Part shown: piece after piece, positions 1-13,511 of the stretch
How positions within the stretch are numbered: position 1 is the first letter of the stretch
Layout of the letters: every line of letters starts with the position of its first letter
Assembly (NCBI GenBank): GCA_964016885.1
Contig: OZ024742.1
Span: forward strand, 21,266,001 to 21,330,000
Source of the DNA: Eledone cirrhosa
Lineage: Eukaryota
DNA: 64,000 nt
Reading direction: 5' to 3'
Translations under genes and position numbers: made by a program
Notes under the pieces: model-generated
The model's database searches: none
What the model was told of the DNA's origin: nothing
The model's input: the letters and a program-made list of their open reading frames with translations, nothing else

Positions 1-823
1 TCAAAGATCTTCTCAGTCAGATATGTCCAGAGACTAAAAAAGACTTAACAGAGAATTGGACAAATCTACAGAACATTCTATTTACTGCTGTTGTTTACCA
101 CAGACTATACTTAACCATCCAGATTTATGAGAAAAGTTATTTTAGACTTTACAACGCACATTCCAATTTTTTTTTTGTCGAATATCATGGATTACATTGT
201 CGAATATGTTCCGACAGTTTCCAATAATGAGATTAATTTGGTGTTATGTCTAGCAGGTGAGCCCGCCAAGTAGGAGGCTCCCAGGATGGAAATCTATGAT
301 ACTAATGGCGCCATGAAAGTTGATAAATTTTCTGACTGTAATATCGAGAAATGGAAATCATCCGCTTAAGCTGTTAAGTGTGTTTTTAGACTTGCATTCA
401 AAAATATTTTAAAATATGTTAAACATATTTTATGATCTTTCTCAATAATAAACCGTTCGATCAAAGCATATTTTCCCGAATTTCTAAATATAAAATATAT
501 TTCTGGTTACTTTAGATTTTACGATAACTTTGGTTTGGAATTCAGTTTTTTGTATAGTCAGGTGTTTTATTTTTTAAGATGCATAAAGATAAAATTGTAC
601 TAACCTGGAAGAAATGGTAGATATAAATACTGGAATATGTATACCAAACAGAACTATCAATTTGCTTACTACTGCAGCAACAACATAAACAGAAGCTCAC
701 AATTTCATTGACCAGATGTGTCTATCTACATACACGAATTTATATATATAGTTCAAGGAGACAACAAATAAAGGAACAAAGCGTATTAGTTTCACGCTTT
801 ATATATATACATATATATATATA

Positions 824-1140
824 TTTCCATTTACTTTTAGCAAGCCAATATAATGCAGATAATTATAAACGATAGTTGGATAAGTCAGGTAAATCAGATT
901 CGGATGAAAACAAACAGAAAATCCACGGCTAACAACCCGCAAATCTCTCTCTCTCTATATATATATATGCAACCAGATGCACTGTGGTGTAATGTTTAAT
1001 ATGTTTTCAATATGCTGTAGATTTGCGGGTTGTTAGCCGTGGATTTTCTGTTTGTTGTCATCCGAATGTGATTTACCTGACTTATCCAGCTATCGTTTAT
1101 AATTATCTGCATTATATTGGCTTGCTAAAAGTAAATGGAA

Positions 1141-1141
<1 letters not shown>
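824..1141. repeat. ~120-bp inverted repeat pair (824-946 / 1019-1141) flanked by (TA)n; probable PLE terminal remnant
   Basis: tttccatttacttttagcaagcc...aacccgcaaatct recurs as its reverse complement with a few mismatches. The PLE assignment is by analogy with neighbouring inverted repeats only. Confidence 0.6.
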
Positions 1142-1227
<86 letters not shown>

Positions 1228-1357
1228 TAGGCTTGAAGGTTCACCACTGGATAGAGTTGGTCATTCCGTATGGTCAATCTTGATGTAATAATATGGAGAG
1301 TACTCAACGTAAAGCAGCTAAACCGTCTTCGTTTGTGTAGTTGGTGGTGCGAATACG

Positions 1358-2231
1358 GAGTCAAATATTATCATAAAATAACAGGAGGCTGGACTTGTGT
1401 AAATCCTTGAAAGGTTTATTATACTATGATCATTTGAATGACCGGGTTCCGTATGAATCCGGTGATATCATCAGGTATTCGAAATATAATAAATGAATGT
1501 AACATATAAAATCCATGGGGCTGAAAATCATAGACCCGAGGACGATCTACCATCTAGCATCTTCCACTTTAGCCAGTCGCCCTCAAGTGCAGGCTATACG
1601 GTCTACTTAAGGCTATCTGGTGAGGGGGCGAAAGCTTATAATGTGCTACTAACCTCCCGGTGAAAGAGAAACAAAGACAGAAAGAAAGAAGAAAAGTCAG
1701 CGTTAATGTCATGCTGCAATCAGGCTAGGAATTGCCGCGAAAAATGTTATTCTAAAGAACCTATATCATAACAGAGGTATATATTATAACAGAGGTATAT
1801 ATAGTGGGCGTCTGCATGGTATCATGTGTGAACAGAAAATTGGAACGTTAAATTTTTGTTTAGATTTATAGGATGAAATAAAAACAAATTAAATTAAAGA
1901 TTAAAATTATAAAATTTAAAAAATTAGAAAATTAAAAATTAAACAGTTTAAAAAAATTTAAGGTTTGGGTTGCGAGATTTAGTTAAAGAATTTACAGAGA
2001 GAGTCTTTTATGAAAAAATGTTAAGTGTATTATAGAGATCCAGTCGTCCTCGGATCTATGATTTTCAGCCCCATGGATTTTATCTGTTACATTCATCTAT
2101 TATACTTCGAATACCTGGTGATATCACCGGATTCATACGGAACCCGGTCATTGAAATGATCATAGTATAATAAACCTTTCAAGGATTTACACAAGTCCAG
2201 CTTCCTGTTATTTTATTATAATATTTAACTC
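1358..2231. mobile_element. Penelope-like remnant with inverted pLTRs (1358-1545 / 2044-2231)
   Basis: ~188-bp inverted arms, each carrying a minimal hammerhead motif, next to TA tracts. Confidence 0.7.
2111..2168 (+). ncRNA. minimal type I hammerhead ribozyme motif (mirror copy 1421-1478, minus strand)
   Basis: atac-CTG(G/A)TGA-stem II accgg..ccggt-GAAA-tgatca-TA-gtat; stem I atac/gtat; palindromic stem III. Each copy has one core mismatch. Confidence 0.65.
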
Positions 2232-2261
2232 TCTCTCTCTATATATATATATATAGAAGTG

Positions 2262-2477
2262 CTTACACAACAGTTAGTTCACCATACCGAGAACAATTGT
2301 TTCACCTGAGCGGATCCTCAGTTCGTAATTACGAGCTCGGATTACGAGCTGAGGATCCGCTCAGGTGAAACAATTGTTCTCGGTATGGTGAACTAACTGT
2401 TGTGTAACCACATCTACCTAACTCGTCCCATGGACTGAGTGCTCTACCACTACAGATATTACCTACCAGCGTTCTAC

Positions 2478-2480
<3 letters not shown>
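2262..2480. mobile_element. fold-back PLE pLTR fragment (inverted 2262-2328 / 2341-2407); same family as 36290-36430
   Basis: Near-palindrome; the right arm matches 36291-36430 closely; flanked by (TA)n. Confidence 0.7.
2345..2382 (+). ncRNA. minimal hammerhead ribozyme (mirror copy 2288-2325, minus strand)
   Basis: cgag-CTGAGGA-tccgctcaggt-GAAA-caattg-TT-ctcg: complete core, stem I, palindromic stem III. Confidence 0.75.
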
Positions 2481-2533
<53 letters not shown>

Positions 2534-3699
2534 CAAAGGAATTGTGGTAAGGAACCAGATGGACCATAACGCACCAGAGTACTCAATACTTAGGGTAGTA
2601 GAGTGGGAAATAGGGAAAAGTATGACCCCGACGGCAGAGCTCAAGCCGTTTCGACGCATATATATATATACGTTGGCAGAAATATATATACGTATATATA
2701 TATATACGTTGGCAGAAATCCGTAGATGAAAGGGCAAGGAAAGGAGTGTTTGATCTTTTTGAAGAGATCGTACTTAGTGTAAACAAAGTTCCATACACAT
2801 GTATATGCTATCAATGGTTTCAGGGTCCAGTCGTCATGGCCAACACTCTATATATCTGTATTAGCAGTCGCATTAATAAATTATGATTCGAATATATGAT
2901 CTACGTTTGCTGTTCTTCTATTCGGTATAGAGGAGTTGTCTTGTGTCATTCAACAACTCTCGAGGCTATAAATATCGTTAGTTCACTATAGAGATTGTGC
3001 ATGTCATGTTTCTCTTCAATCCGCCTCTCCTATGATTCTATATTTTATTATTACATAATGTGCAATTGCACTTCGACTGGAGGTGTTTGAATCTGTGACT
3101 GTTCATAGATGTGCATGTACAGAGTACAGCTTTTACAATCAATGGCAGTATATATTACATGTATTTTCTTAGTTTGCAGTGCTGTGACGAACCCTAAATT
3201 ATTGGTAGCTAGACAGTTATAACATTTATTTTTATGTTATTATACTCTATAAACAGTTATACCAGACACTCGGTATAATAATATTGTTTGTTTGTTTGTT
3301 TTGGTTTTTGTAATATTCATTTAGATAGTTTGCCTGGGAAGATGTTTACCTAAGATAATAAGGTAGTTGATACGTTTATTTTACATTCTATAATCAGTTT
3401 TGTTAAGTAAATAAATAGAAAATATACACCTACATGTATTCTGAGTTTTGAAAAGTTATAAAATTCTTTCACATAAACTTAAGTAATTGAATTGTCATCG
3501 CAGTCCGATAATTTATTACGAAGTCCAGTATAATTTCAGAAGTAAAACATCAAATATATGTTGATGTCATCAAATAAATAGAAGATAAATAATGAAAAAC
3601 GTGTAAAACAATATTTCAATGAGTTATACGTCAAATAGTATTTGAAAGTAAATATCAACTTAACAACATTTTCGATTACGAAACCGAAAACGTAATAAT

Positions 3700-3885
3700 T
3701 GTTTCTATTTTAGGCACAAGGCCAGCAATTAACAGTACATTACTGGTACTTTATTTTATCGACCTCGTAAGGATGAAAGGCAAAGTTAACCTCGGCGGGA
3801 TTTGAACTCAGATCGTAAAGGGACGTAACTATGCTGGGAAGCATAGGGGTCTGACTCTCTACCGATACTGCCAATCTACCGAAAA
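3700..3885 (-). mobile_element. tRNA-derived SINE with Meta-like core
   Basis: Reverse strand has B-box gagttcaaatcc followed by tgcctttcatcctt..gtcgataaaataaagtaccag; near-identical copies at 58712-59105. Confidence 0.75.
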
Positions 3886-4525
3886 CGTAATAACGGTACA
3901 AAATAAATAACGAAAAATATTTACCCCTTTATTTATTTGAGAAATGTCTATAGAATGAAACGCCTGTATGTAAAAGTGTAGTCACAATTTACAAATTTCA
4001 AGTCACAAATATTGAAATAAATTCACACAGATACGCAGAAAATAAACAAAACTTTTGTATATTTTATGAGGAAATATTTAATTTAGTAATCGTACACAAC
4101 TCATGTCTGTGTACGTCTACGTATTGATATAGTCAATCTGATTTATATCATTATTGCTTTATCATTAATACAGGATTCCGTTTGTTATTTTTAGTGTAAA
4201 TCTTTTATTTTGGAAGCTTTCAAACTAATTTGGATGGAATAAAATTAATTTTATAAGTGACGCTTCCGTTGAGGATACAGCAAGGTTTAATTAATTAACA
4301 ACGAAGCAAAAAAAGACAATTATATTTCCAATAAGCATTAATAAGATGAATTGAACCAATGAAATTGTTGCTGCATTAAGACACCGAACTAAATGCATCA
4401 ATTTATCAAAATGATACACCCCTCCTCCGCTACTAGTTTTAGCAAGGCCAAACACGATGTTAGTGAAATTATGTTATCCCTTCAGAAAGGATCAACATAT
4501 ATCAGTAATATAAGGTTAGCTTCCA

Positions 4526-4562
<37 letters not shown>

Positions 4563-4578
4563 TAATAATAATAATAAT

Positions 4579-4924
4579 CTGATTGTAGATGTGGCCTGCC
4601 CATTCGACACGAGATTGTAAGAGAAGGAGAGGGAGAAAATTAACCGATACCGGGACTTAAAGTGGGAGGTAAAAAGGATTTGCAACTGCCATGAAGTCAA
4701 AGTGGTCCCGATGTCATAGGCGCACTAGGTTCTATCTCAAGGAGTTTCCAGGGTTGGTTAAAGAAAATTGGCCCCGCCCCGCTTTTTGGAACACTTCAAA
4801 AGGCATGCTTGTGGGAACAGCAAGAAGCCTCCGATACGTCCTGAATATCAGAGGCTGCAGGTAGTGGCTTGATATTCATTTCAACAAACTTTCCAGTTAA
4901 CTAATATCAATGACTGGACTCAAA
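4579..4924 (+). mobile_element. 5'-truncated R4/Dong-clade element (3' end only)
   Basis: Encodes degenerate LIVDVACPFDTR..KINRY..LKWEVK, matching the 3' end of 53608-57181; (AAT)n on both sides. Confidence 0.85.
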
Positions 4925-4956
<32 letters not shown>

Positions 4957-5201
4957 CTTTCTTTATTAACCACAAGGGTTTACATAAAGTAGACATTAAG
5001 GACAGTACAGGACAATACAGGACGGTACAAATGGGCATTTCTGCGTGTAAAAAAAAACAGAGGATGTAATAAAAATAACAATGAAAAATTCCCCAATAGG
5101 GGGGAGACTTGCGAGGGACATTTGTGGAGAAATCCCATTAAAAGGCCACAGTGACTCTGACCACCAGGGCAAGTGCCCTCTCCCAGTTTTCCACCTTTAA
5201 T

Positions 5202-8200
5202 TTACAGACACATACTCAGAGTAGGCCCATTCACTCGGGCCATACTTGCTTCTCTCACCCATCTTTCAACAAAATGCTGGGAAGAGAGCACTTCCCTCTC
5301 TACGCTGATTTTCCTTCTCAAATGAAATTTGAAAAAGTTAATCAGGGCATCAAAGAAGAGGTAAGTGCTCGTCTTCAGCCCTTTCAAACGTGTCCACCAT
5401 ACTATCTCTTTCGCCATGGCCACCAGACAGATAAAAACTTCCTGCTCTTCCCGGCTAAAGGAAGAGGGCGGGGCAATCCTCACGATGGACTCAGCTGACA
5501 GCTGGATCCGTCCTACACGTGACAGCAGGTGTTCGACATAAACCCACAAGTCAGCAATGCTCGGACACTGGACGAGTGCGTGCAGGACGGTTTCGTCGGT
5601 CTGCGCGCATCTCGGACATGCTCGGCCGACGGCACCTCCATGCCTGTAGAGTTTATCCCGAACTGGCAAAGCTCCTCGGTAGCACTGCCAGGCCAGGGAT
5701 TTCTGGAAGTTGTCCATAGGCCCCGGCCCAAAAGTCCTTCCGAAGAGATTGGCTAGTTGATTTTCGTCGACGCCTAGATTTTCTCCAAGTACGTCGTCGC
5801 TCTTCCCATCCACTAATCCTCTATAGAACGCCAAGGTGGAGTTTCCATCGATCACATTGCCCGATTGGTCGAGGGCTGTGAGCGCCTGAAGACATTCCAG
5901 TCTCCAGGCGCTCCCTCTCGGTCTTCGCTTGGCCCAGGACTGCAGCTCCGCCAAGGAGACGAGCTGGAGAAAGACGTGTCTAGCAAACGGCGACCACATC
6001 TGATCACCGTCGAGGAAGAGGTGGAGATGTCGTAGCCTGAGCGCGTTTCTGCGCATCATCAGCCACGGCCTTCCCAGCCCTCCACGTGGCGGGTGTTGAC
6101 AGCAGATGGACCGTCTGATCATCGGAGCGAGTCCATTCCACAAAAAGCGAAAGAGCAAACGCTCCAGCGCAGTCAGGCGGGGCTTAGGACAAGGTACGAC
6201 GGACAGGCGGTAGTAGATGACGGACGCGATGTACGCGTTAGCCACCTCCGCTCGACCTTTCAGGGATAGCTTCCTCTCCGCCCATTTCTGGGTGAGAGAA
6301 GCCACCCTGCTCGTCACATCGTCCCAGTTTTTGCCCGTCTGGAGGTCCGGACCGAACCAGACCCCTAGCAATTTAACTGGTCCGTCCGTCCAGCGCCCGA
6401 CGACGCTGTTGGACGGCATGGACCTGCCTCTCCAGGTGCCGAGCTGCAAGCCCACTGACTTTTCCTGGTTGATCATTGCTCCTGTCACTGCTTCGTATTC
6501 TCTTAGTGTAGTGCTCATCGCCTCGATGTGTTTGGCGTTCGACACCACTACGGTGACATCGTCCGCATATGCTGACACGGTTCTTCTGCATCCCAGTTCG
6601 CGCGGGACCCCCCCCTCAACGTCTCCAGTTTGTGCAGTAATGGCTCGAGAGTCAATACGTACAAGAGGGACAATAGGGGACATCCTTGGCGGACCGAGCA
6701 CATGATGTTGAATGGTTCCGAAAGGTGACCGTTCACTCTCACCACAGAGCAGATGTCGCTGTGCAAGGCAGCGATCCAGCCTCTGAAGACGGGCCCAAAG
6801 CCAGCCGCCCTCAGGACTGCCGCTAGGTAACGATGGTCGACCCTATCGAAAGCTTTCGACTGATCTAAATTGATCAAGGTCCCACCCGTGCCAGGTTCCC
6901 TAGCTCCCCTCTCCAATGTATCGTATGAGTTGGAGGTTGTCGTGGATAGATCTGTCGGGAATGGCGCATGTCTGCGCCTCTCCCACCAGACCACCAACGA
7001 CAAGCGCCAACCTCTTTGTTAGCACCTTGGGCAAAATCTTGAACTCTGTGTTTAGCAGAGTTATGGGCCAGAAATTATCTATGTTATCCCCCTTGTTCGC
7101 ATGCTTTCTCACCAGCGCCACCGCTCCTCGGCTCATAGAGCTGGGAATTTTCCCATTCTGTTGCCAGTTGCAGTAGACGTCCGCCAAGAGGCCTCCGAAC
7201 AATAAGTACGTAAAGTTCATAGGGCAGACCATCGAAACCAGGTGATTTACCCCTTGTGCAGCCAGTCATTGCCTCCCGTACTTCAGCGCCTGTTATCGGC
7301 TTTTTACAAAACTCCGCCTCATTGGCCGAGAGCCGCGGCAGTCCGTCGAGGTAGACACTAAAGTCTATCCCTCTACCCGATCCACCGCTGCCCCCGAACA
7401 GCTGAGCGAAGTGTCGCAGAAAAGCTTCACACATTTGCCCGGGATCGAGTAGCATGCGCCCGTCGTGGTCCACCAAAGACCGGATCGTGGCTTTGTTGCC
7501 ACGACGCGCCTCCGCCACTCGGGCTCATTGAACGGCTTTCGTCCCCTCGTGTTTGAGAGCACGCACCCTAGCTCTGACGACGCAGCCTTCGTCACTTTGC
7601 ATTGAAGAATTGGTCAAGGGCCAATTTCGCCGCAAGTACGTCGGTCGCGATGCCTTTGCTAAGTGCCCCGTCTAATTTTCTGACTAGTTCTCCCTCTGCT
7701 CTATTTTTCTCTATAGCTAAAGCCTTACTAAACCTAATGGACCCTATTCTAATCGCTCTTTTCAGAGCAAACCACCACTTGTTGTTGACAATGGCCCTCG
7801 TCAACGTCCGCTTTACTAATTCGTTAATCCGGTCTCTGTATGCCTTGCGCGTTGGTAAGGACGCATTTAGCTTCCAGTAGCCGGGTCCTTTTCTATGAAG
7901 CCTATCTAGGTCAAGCACACAGATCACGAATTTGTGGTCCGTGTAGCTGACTATCTTGAATTTTGGACAGCCTATGCTAGACCTATCTATTTCCCTACAA
8001 AATCACAGTCCCAGCGTGCATCTAAGATCCCGTTCCAGTCGCCCACTAACACTAAAGAGCGGGCGTTCCAAGAAAGGTCTCCAGACGCCGGTAGAAATCA
8101 GGCCGCCCTGCTTCTGTCGGGACATAGACGGCCACTAGCCTGAAAGCTTGCCCGTCTCCGCTGGTCACGTCCAGCACCACCAACTTACCTTCTAGCTCCA

Positions 8201-8446
8201 GGAAGATGGCCCGTATGGCGAAATCCAAACCTCTCCGAAAAAGGACAGCAACTCCTCCCCGATCCAGGACAACTGGGAGATGCGTACACATCGTAGTCGC
8301 CGAAGATCGGTGTGAAGGCTCGTGCTTCGGAGATTCTGGTCTCGCTGATGGCCACTACATCTATGTAGGTCGTTGAGCTGGTGGCCCTGCTTCTATGACG
8401 ATCCCAAACCACGCGCATTTATGCTGCCTATTCTGAGTGAGGTCAT
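5202..8446 (-). pseudogene. Tx1 ORF2 (APE endonuclease, RT, C-terminal CCHC), frameshifted, with a deletion in the endonuclease
   Basis: GYWKLN, KSPGFDG, PITLLNTEFKIL, LDQSKAFDRVDH, VRQGCP, YADD, CPRC..ETVLHALVQC spread over several ORFs. Confidence 0.9.
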
Positions 8447-8480
8447 GTTGAAAAGGAATGGAAAAGATGGGAAAGACCAC

Positions 8481-9889
8481 TTACCTTACTTCTCGTAGAG
8501 GAAGGATGGTTTCTCCATCCTTTTCACTGCTTGTGGCCTCCTCCGGAAGGATGTACTTATAAATCCTCCTGGAGAGTGCTTGTCGGAAGTCTCCGATGTC
8601 TTTGGGGAATTTTTGTTTTAGTGTCGTGTACGTCTTCTGTGTGATGCGAGTGATTTGTATGTGTGGAGGTGGTGTGAACTTTTGGATTGTTGTGTAGTCT
8701 GTTTTCTGTGATGCCGGTGTTGTGTTGGATGTAGTGTAATAATTGGTTGTTGTTCAAATTTAATGCTGTGTAGTGTGTATCGTTTTGTTTGTTTTGTTTT
8801 GTTTGCGTTTGTTGTGGGTTTGTTTCTGTTTCACTTTTTCGTGACTTTTGTGGTGTTGGTGATGGTGGTGTTGGTGTTTGTGGTGATGGGGTTGGTGATG
8901 CTGGTGTGGATGGTGGCATAGCTGTCCTAACTTTTTTGTTTGATAGTTTATTTGTTTCCCTCTGTATTTTGTTTTTGAAGGGGGAAGGAAGAGGATTTCT
9001 TTCTTTTTTGGCTTCTTTTTCTTTTTTCCTGATACAGTTTCCGACTCCTCGTCGTCACAATCTGTTTCCGGTTGCGATTGGTTGGGGAGTGGAAAATCCT
9101 CCACAGGCGTTGGTTTTGGTTGTGGCGTGGTGGATGGTGGAGGCGCTGGTGCTAGTTCTGGCGCGGTGGGTGGTGGTGGTGTTGGTTTTGCTACTGTTGC
9201 TGGTGTTGTTGCTGCTACAGTTGCTTCTGTTGTTGCTGCTACAGTTGTTGCTGCCATTGCTGCTGCTGGTGGTGTTGATGGTTGAGTCACTGGGGTGGGT
9301 AAGAGAGGTGGCCTCAACTTTTTAGCCTGAGGGCAGAAAGCCTTTAGGTGGGTTCCTTCACCACAAACGACACACCCAGGCCTTCTACCGTCGACGATTA
9401 CGGTGAGATGGCTGCCTCAGTGAGAGCTATTACCTGTGGGATTTCCTCAATGCTTTTTTGGTCCGCTTGGATCAGTAGCTTCATCCCAGATCTGGACCAG
9501 TCCTCCTGCTTTTCTTTTGATATTTCAATTATTTTGATGTTGGCCTCGATGCCGGCGAGGACGGCAGCCACTAGCCAGGGAATTTCGATTGCCGGTGGAA
9601 CGTGGGTCACCTTGATCTTCACGAGTCTCTGGCCACAATAGATTGGGACGAGTGTGAAGTCGTCACTTCTTAATGGGGCCATGGAGTGTTCTCTAGCCTC
9701 CTGTGGTGTTTCAAAGAACACGTCCACGGTTCCATATGTCTGCCCACGTCTGATGTTTGTTTTTTTCGCACACACATGTCCCAAAGCTTTTGGGATTTGG
9801 GACTCGCATGCCCGATCCACTCGGCGCGACTTTGTGTTAATCGTCCGATAAGACACGGTGCATAGGTGCCGATGCTCCATTTTATTAGC
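8481..9889 (-). pseudogene. Tx1 ORF1 remnant (RRM-like region, zinc knuckle, Pro/Thr-rich tail)
   Basis: ORFs 9398-9880, 8760-9317 and 8557-8919 are collinear with ORF1 of copy C. Confidence 0.8.
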
Positions 9890-9939
9890 TGTGTGTGCTC
9901 TATGTAGCCTCCAGTACCCTTCTATGCTAGGTATTGTGT

Positions 9940-10360
9940 GCTTAACTCTAGTCTATTACTGATTTGAACGTGTGTTCTCGCTATTAATGCTTCTTTAATT
10001 CTGAGATTGCCGAGGTTTCTTTTTTTGTTGGTGTCAACCTTAACTGTTATTTTTTTTAGGTATCTTTAGGTATTTTTTTAGGTATTTTTAAAGGTATTTT
10101 TTAGGTATTTTTGTTGAAAGTGAAAGCGTTAGTGTTAATGTGTTCTTTAATCCTGATGTGCAAATGTCTGGTGGTACTACCTATATAGAAGTTGTCGCAT
10201 TTATCACAGTGGACTCTGTATATGACGTATGTTGATGGCATAAGTGTGTATTATCGACGGGCCAGTTGGCCAGCGTGCATTGGCCGCTGTGTTCAACAGG
10301 CCTCTAAGCGAATTTAAAGGGAAACGACTCTTTGCCCTTTTGACCTGTCTTGACCTTAAT
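9940..10360 (-). pseudogene. Penelope-like GIY-YIG endonuclease fragment (missing from the ORF track)
   Basis: Manual translation gives TYVIYRVHCDKCDNFYIGSTTRHLHIRIKEH, preceded after a frameshift by CTLANW..LCH. Confidence 0.75.
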
Positions 10361-10647
10361 TTTAATACAAAACAGTTAAAAATAAATAAATAAATTAATT
10401 AATTAATTAATAAATAAATATTAAAATCACTTCCGGCCAGCATGGTATAGAAAGCCACATCGGGCACTGGAATAGTTCGTTTATTTTCCTCGGTCGAAGA
10501 GATACTAAAAAGAACAAACCCTACTTTTTGTGCTTTTTGCGTTTTGATTTTTCTCTGTCGAAACCCTGCATTGTCGTGTCTTTCCAGCTTCGAATACCAT
10601 ATACCATATACAATGCTTCAAGTACACTACAAATTCCCTCTCTCTCT

Positions 10648-10720
<73 letters not shown>

Positions 10721-11204
10721 AGAGGGAGAGAGAGAGAGAATATGAGAGAGGGATTTGTTGGCTCCTCAGTCTCAGTATTGTAGACAACAATATATGTATT
10801 GAGCCTGTCACCACATCTAGGTAGCGAATATCATATATCTATATATATAAGTTGTAGTTCCTATCTGTTTGTTTGTTTATTTGTTCACGAACGCCTCCTA
10901 TGATTTTGGAGATAGAACCCATAACCGTATATATTGTGAAACTACATCGCCCAGGGTACTTTAATAATGTAATTTTGATTTGATATATTACAAAAAATAA
11001 TGTTTTCAAATTTTTCATGTATTTTACATTGAGTAATATTGAAATGCAGAATTTTTCTCCATAAATTATATCACTGATTTAAAATCAATCATCATTTTCT
11101 TACAAACAAAATGTGGGAAACGCAGCAAGACTCAGATAATTCGGCTAGTAAGAAATAAAATCAGTGTGTCATATATGCTGTTAGGCCTAAAAATCTGTCT
11201 CGAG

Positions 11205-11450
11205 CTCGGTGCTTATCCCGGCTCCAGTGGCATTAAGCCACTGAGGGTAGAAGACTCTCCTTGAACGGGATGCCTGTACATTGCAGGGTTAAACCTCCAG
11301 CTACTGTTGGTACACGTTTTTAGCTGAGTATACTGGTGCAACGTAAAATGCGGTGTTTTGCTCAAGAACCCAACACGCAACCCAGGGATTACACCCACGA
11401 CATTATGATGGTAAGCTCAGCACCCTTATCACTAGAGCACACGCCTCCAC
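11205..11450 (-). mobile_element. degenerate SINE related to 23800-23950
   Basis: agctgagtatactggtgcaacgtaaaatgcggtgttttgctcaagaac resembles agctgagtaaactggagcaatgtgaaataaagtgtcttgctcaaggaa. Confidence 0.55.
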
Positions 11451-12769
11451 TGTTAGGAGAGAGAGAGGTGGAGAGAGAGAGAGAAAGAAAGAGAAGAGAG
11501 AGAGGGAGAGAGAGAGAAATAAAGAGAAGAGAGAGAGGGGGAGATATGGGTGGGGTGGGGGGATAAAACATTCAAACTAAAATCCCAATGCAACAATGTG
11601 GAAGCCTCTGAAGTCACCCAGGAGCGGGCGTCAAAATGCCTGGTAGATTCAGTCTAAAACTCAATTGAACCTCGACTGGATTTGAATTCGGAATCCAAAG
11701 ATCTGGAACAAATATAAATTAATCTGTCCAATCCTCTAGCAATTTACCCAGTTAATTTACCTAGACGATTATTACCATTATCGATCTTTGAAAGTTGAAT
11801 AAATATATTACAAGTGAAAGATTTCAAGTGACATAACTGATTGTGACATAAACAGTTGTAGGTGATAATGGTTTAGTATTCTATTGGAATTTTACTTCAC
11901 AAGCCAGATGTTATTCGAATCTGACGAATGCTGCAGGGAAGATGTGTACTCAAGGCACAATGATTAAGTAGTCTCGTTTCGAGTACCATTCTAGGTCTTG
12001 TTACTCCACTTCTAAATTTAAAGCCCTACCTACGAAAAAAAGAAAAGGAAAACCGCTAAACATCAATTATTAGAAATCAAATATTTTCTTTGCGCCCTTA
12101 CTAAATTTCACAATGGCATTTTGAAAGAAAATAAATATAATATACAATTGTCTATGAGTCTTTTCAATTAAAAAAACATTATAGAAGCTGTTTGATAGAA
12201 AAGAAGTTAATTTCCCATAGGAATCATATGCTTCCATAATTCTTATACTTATTGAAATAAGCTCCAAATAGCAAACAGCTCTCTTCTATTTGAAGCCGAC
12301 TATATGTATGGTTGGCTTTTACAGGTGTTAATTAAAAGGTAGGCATTAACAGACTGTTAAATGAAAACAAACGCAATTTCAAGAGGTTGTTTGTTTTATC
12401 GAGTAAATAATCTACAGTGAAATTCATAATTACTTAAACAGTACTTGTTGATTGTCATCAAAATGAGATGTTTGGAGTAGGTTAAATGACAGACTTCCAT
12501 CATACTATATCCGCTCTTGATATAAACTGAAAACGTTCATTAAATAAAAACAAACTGTATAAAAACAGAGGAAAATATAACAGCGGCCAGAGTAATATAT
12601 ATCGAATTACTTGTTAGAAGTGTAATAATCAAACGGAAAAATCTCGTAACGTGACATTGTACTTCAATCTCACAGTTGACATAAACGAAACATTTACATT
12701 TCTTTATATGAAATGATTTTCCTTCTTGTCTGTTTTAACAAACTACGTTACCCCGGTACTATTCCCATG

Positions 12770-12995
12770 CATACAGCAGGGGGTCATTGGGACAATTGGT
12801 AGAGCGCCGGTGAAAATGACATTCCAGAATTTTTACCAGTTTTTATCTTCTCAGTTCAAATTTCCCAAACGTAAATGTTGCCTCTCATATTTCTGAGATC
12901 TATAACTAAAGAACCACTCAAGTTATGATGTGGATATAATCAAATATGCTCTTTACCCCAAAATATGATGATATTGTGCCTAACTTAGAAATCAA
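12770..12995 (+). mobile_element. old degenerate copy of the Meta-like SINE
   Basis: ttggtagagcg..cagttcaaatttccc..gttgcctctcat..ttgtgcctaacttagaaa is collinear with the younger copies. Confidence 0.45.
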
Positions 12996-13511
12996 TATCC
13001 TCACGTAAATAATTCAGTACCCGTCTAAAAGATTTTTACTGCCCAAGAAAAACATAAAGAATTAAATTATGCTAACTTTATTTTACACGTTTCCCAGTGT
13101 TTCGTTAGAATGAAGTTTTATGAAATAACAAACAATTAATAAATCTGTAAAAACTATGGAAAACATAATGTGGTGAATGAAGCGTCTTTTAATATTGAAA
13201 CCTCTCTGTCAATTATGACGTGTGGTGGAAATAGTAAAGAAGGTTGATAAATGAAGTTTGTTTATTTGGTTTCACATTGTCTGTCAACATTCTACAAAAG
13301 AGAGTTCATTGTCTCTTGATAAAACATTTATTAAAGGCATGTAGCTTACAAATAACATTCTACTTGTTTATGTATGTGTATGTATGTGTGTGTATGTCGG
13401 GAAAACATATGGCATACTCATATTGCTATACTTTCTTCACCAATCAAAGTCAAGATATCAACGTAAAACTTTAAAATTAAATATTTTGACTTTCTTACTA
13501 ATAATGCTTAC

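Larger units (their letters stand above)
4955..9889 (-). mobile_element. Tx1/L1-clade LINE, copy A (5'-truncated, decayed)
   Basis: ORF1 remnant plus APE-RT ORF2 fragments; 3' UTR ending aataaagaaagca followed by (TTA)n. Confidence 0.92.

Noticed and set aside
604-725. Possible minus-strand exon ending at a GTTAGT donor
   Set aside because: Weak acceptor and no recognisable peptide.
2620-2660. Hammerhead on the minus strand (GAAACGGC..GCCGTC)
   Set aside because: Stem III and GUC are present but no CTGANGA or matching stem I.
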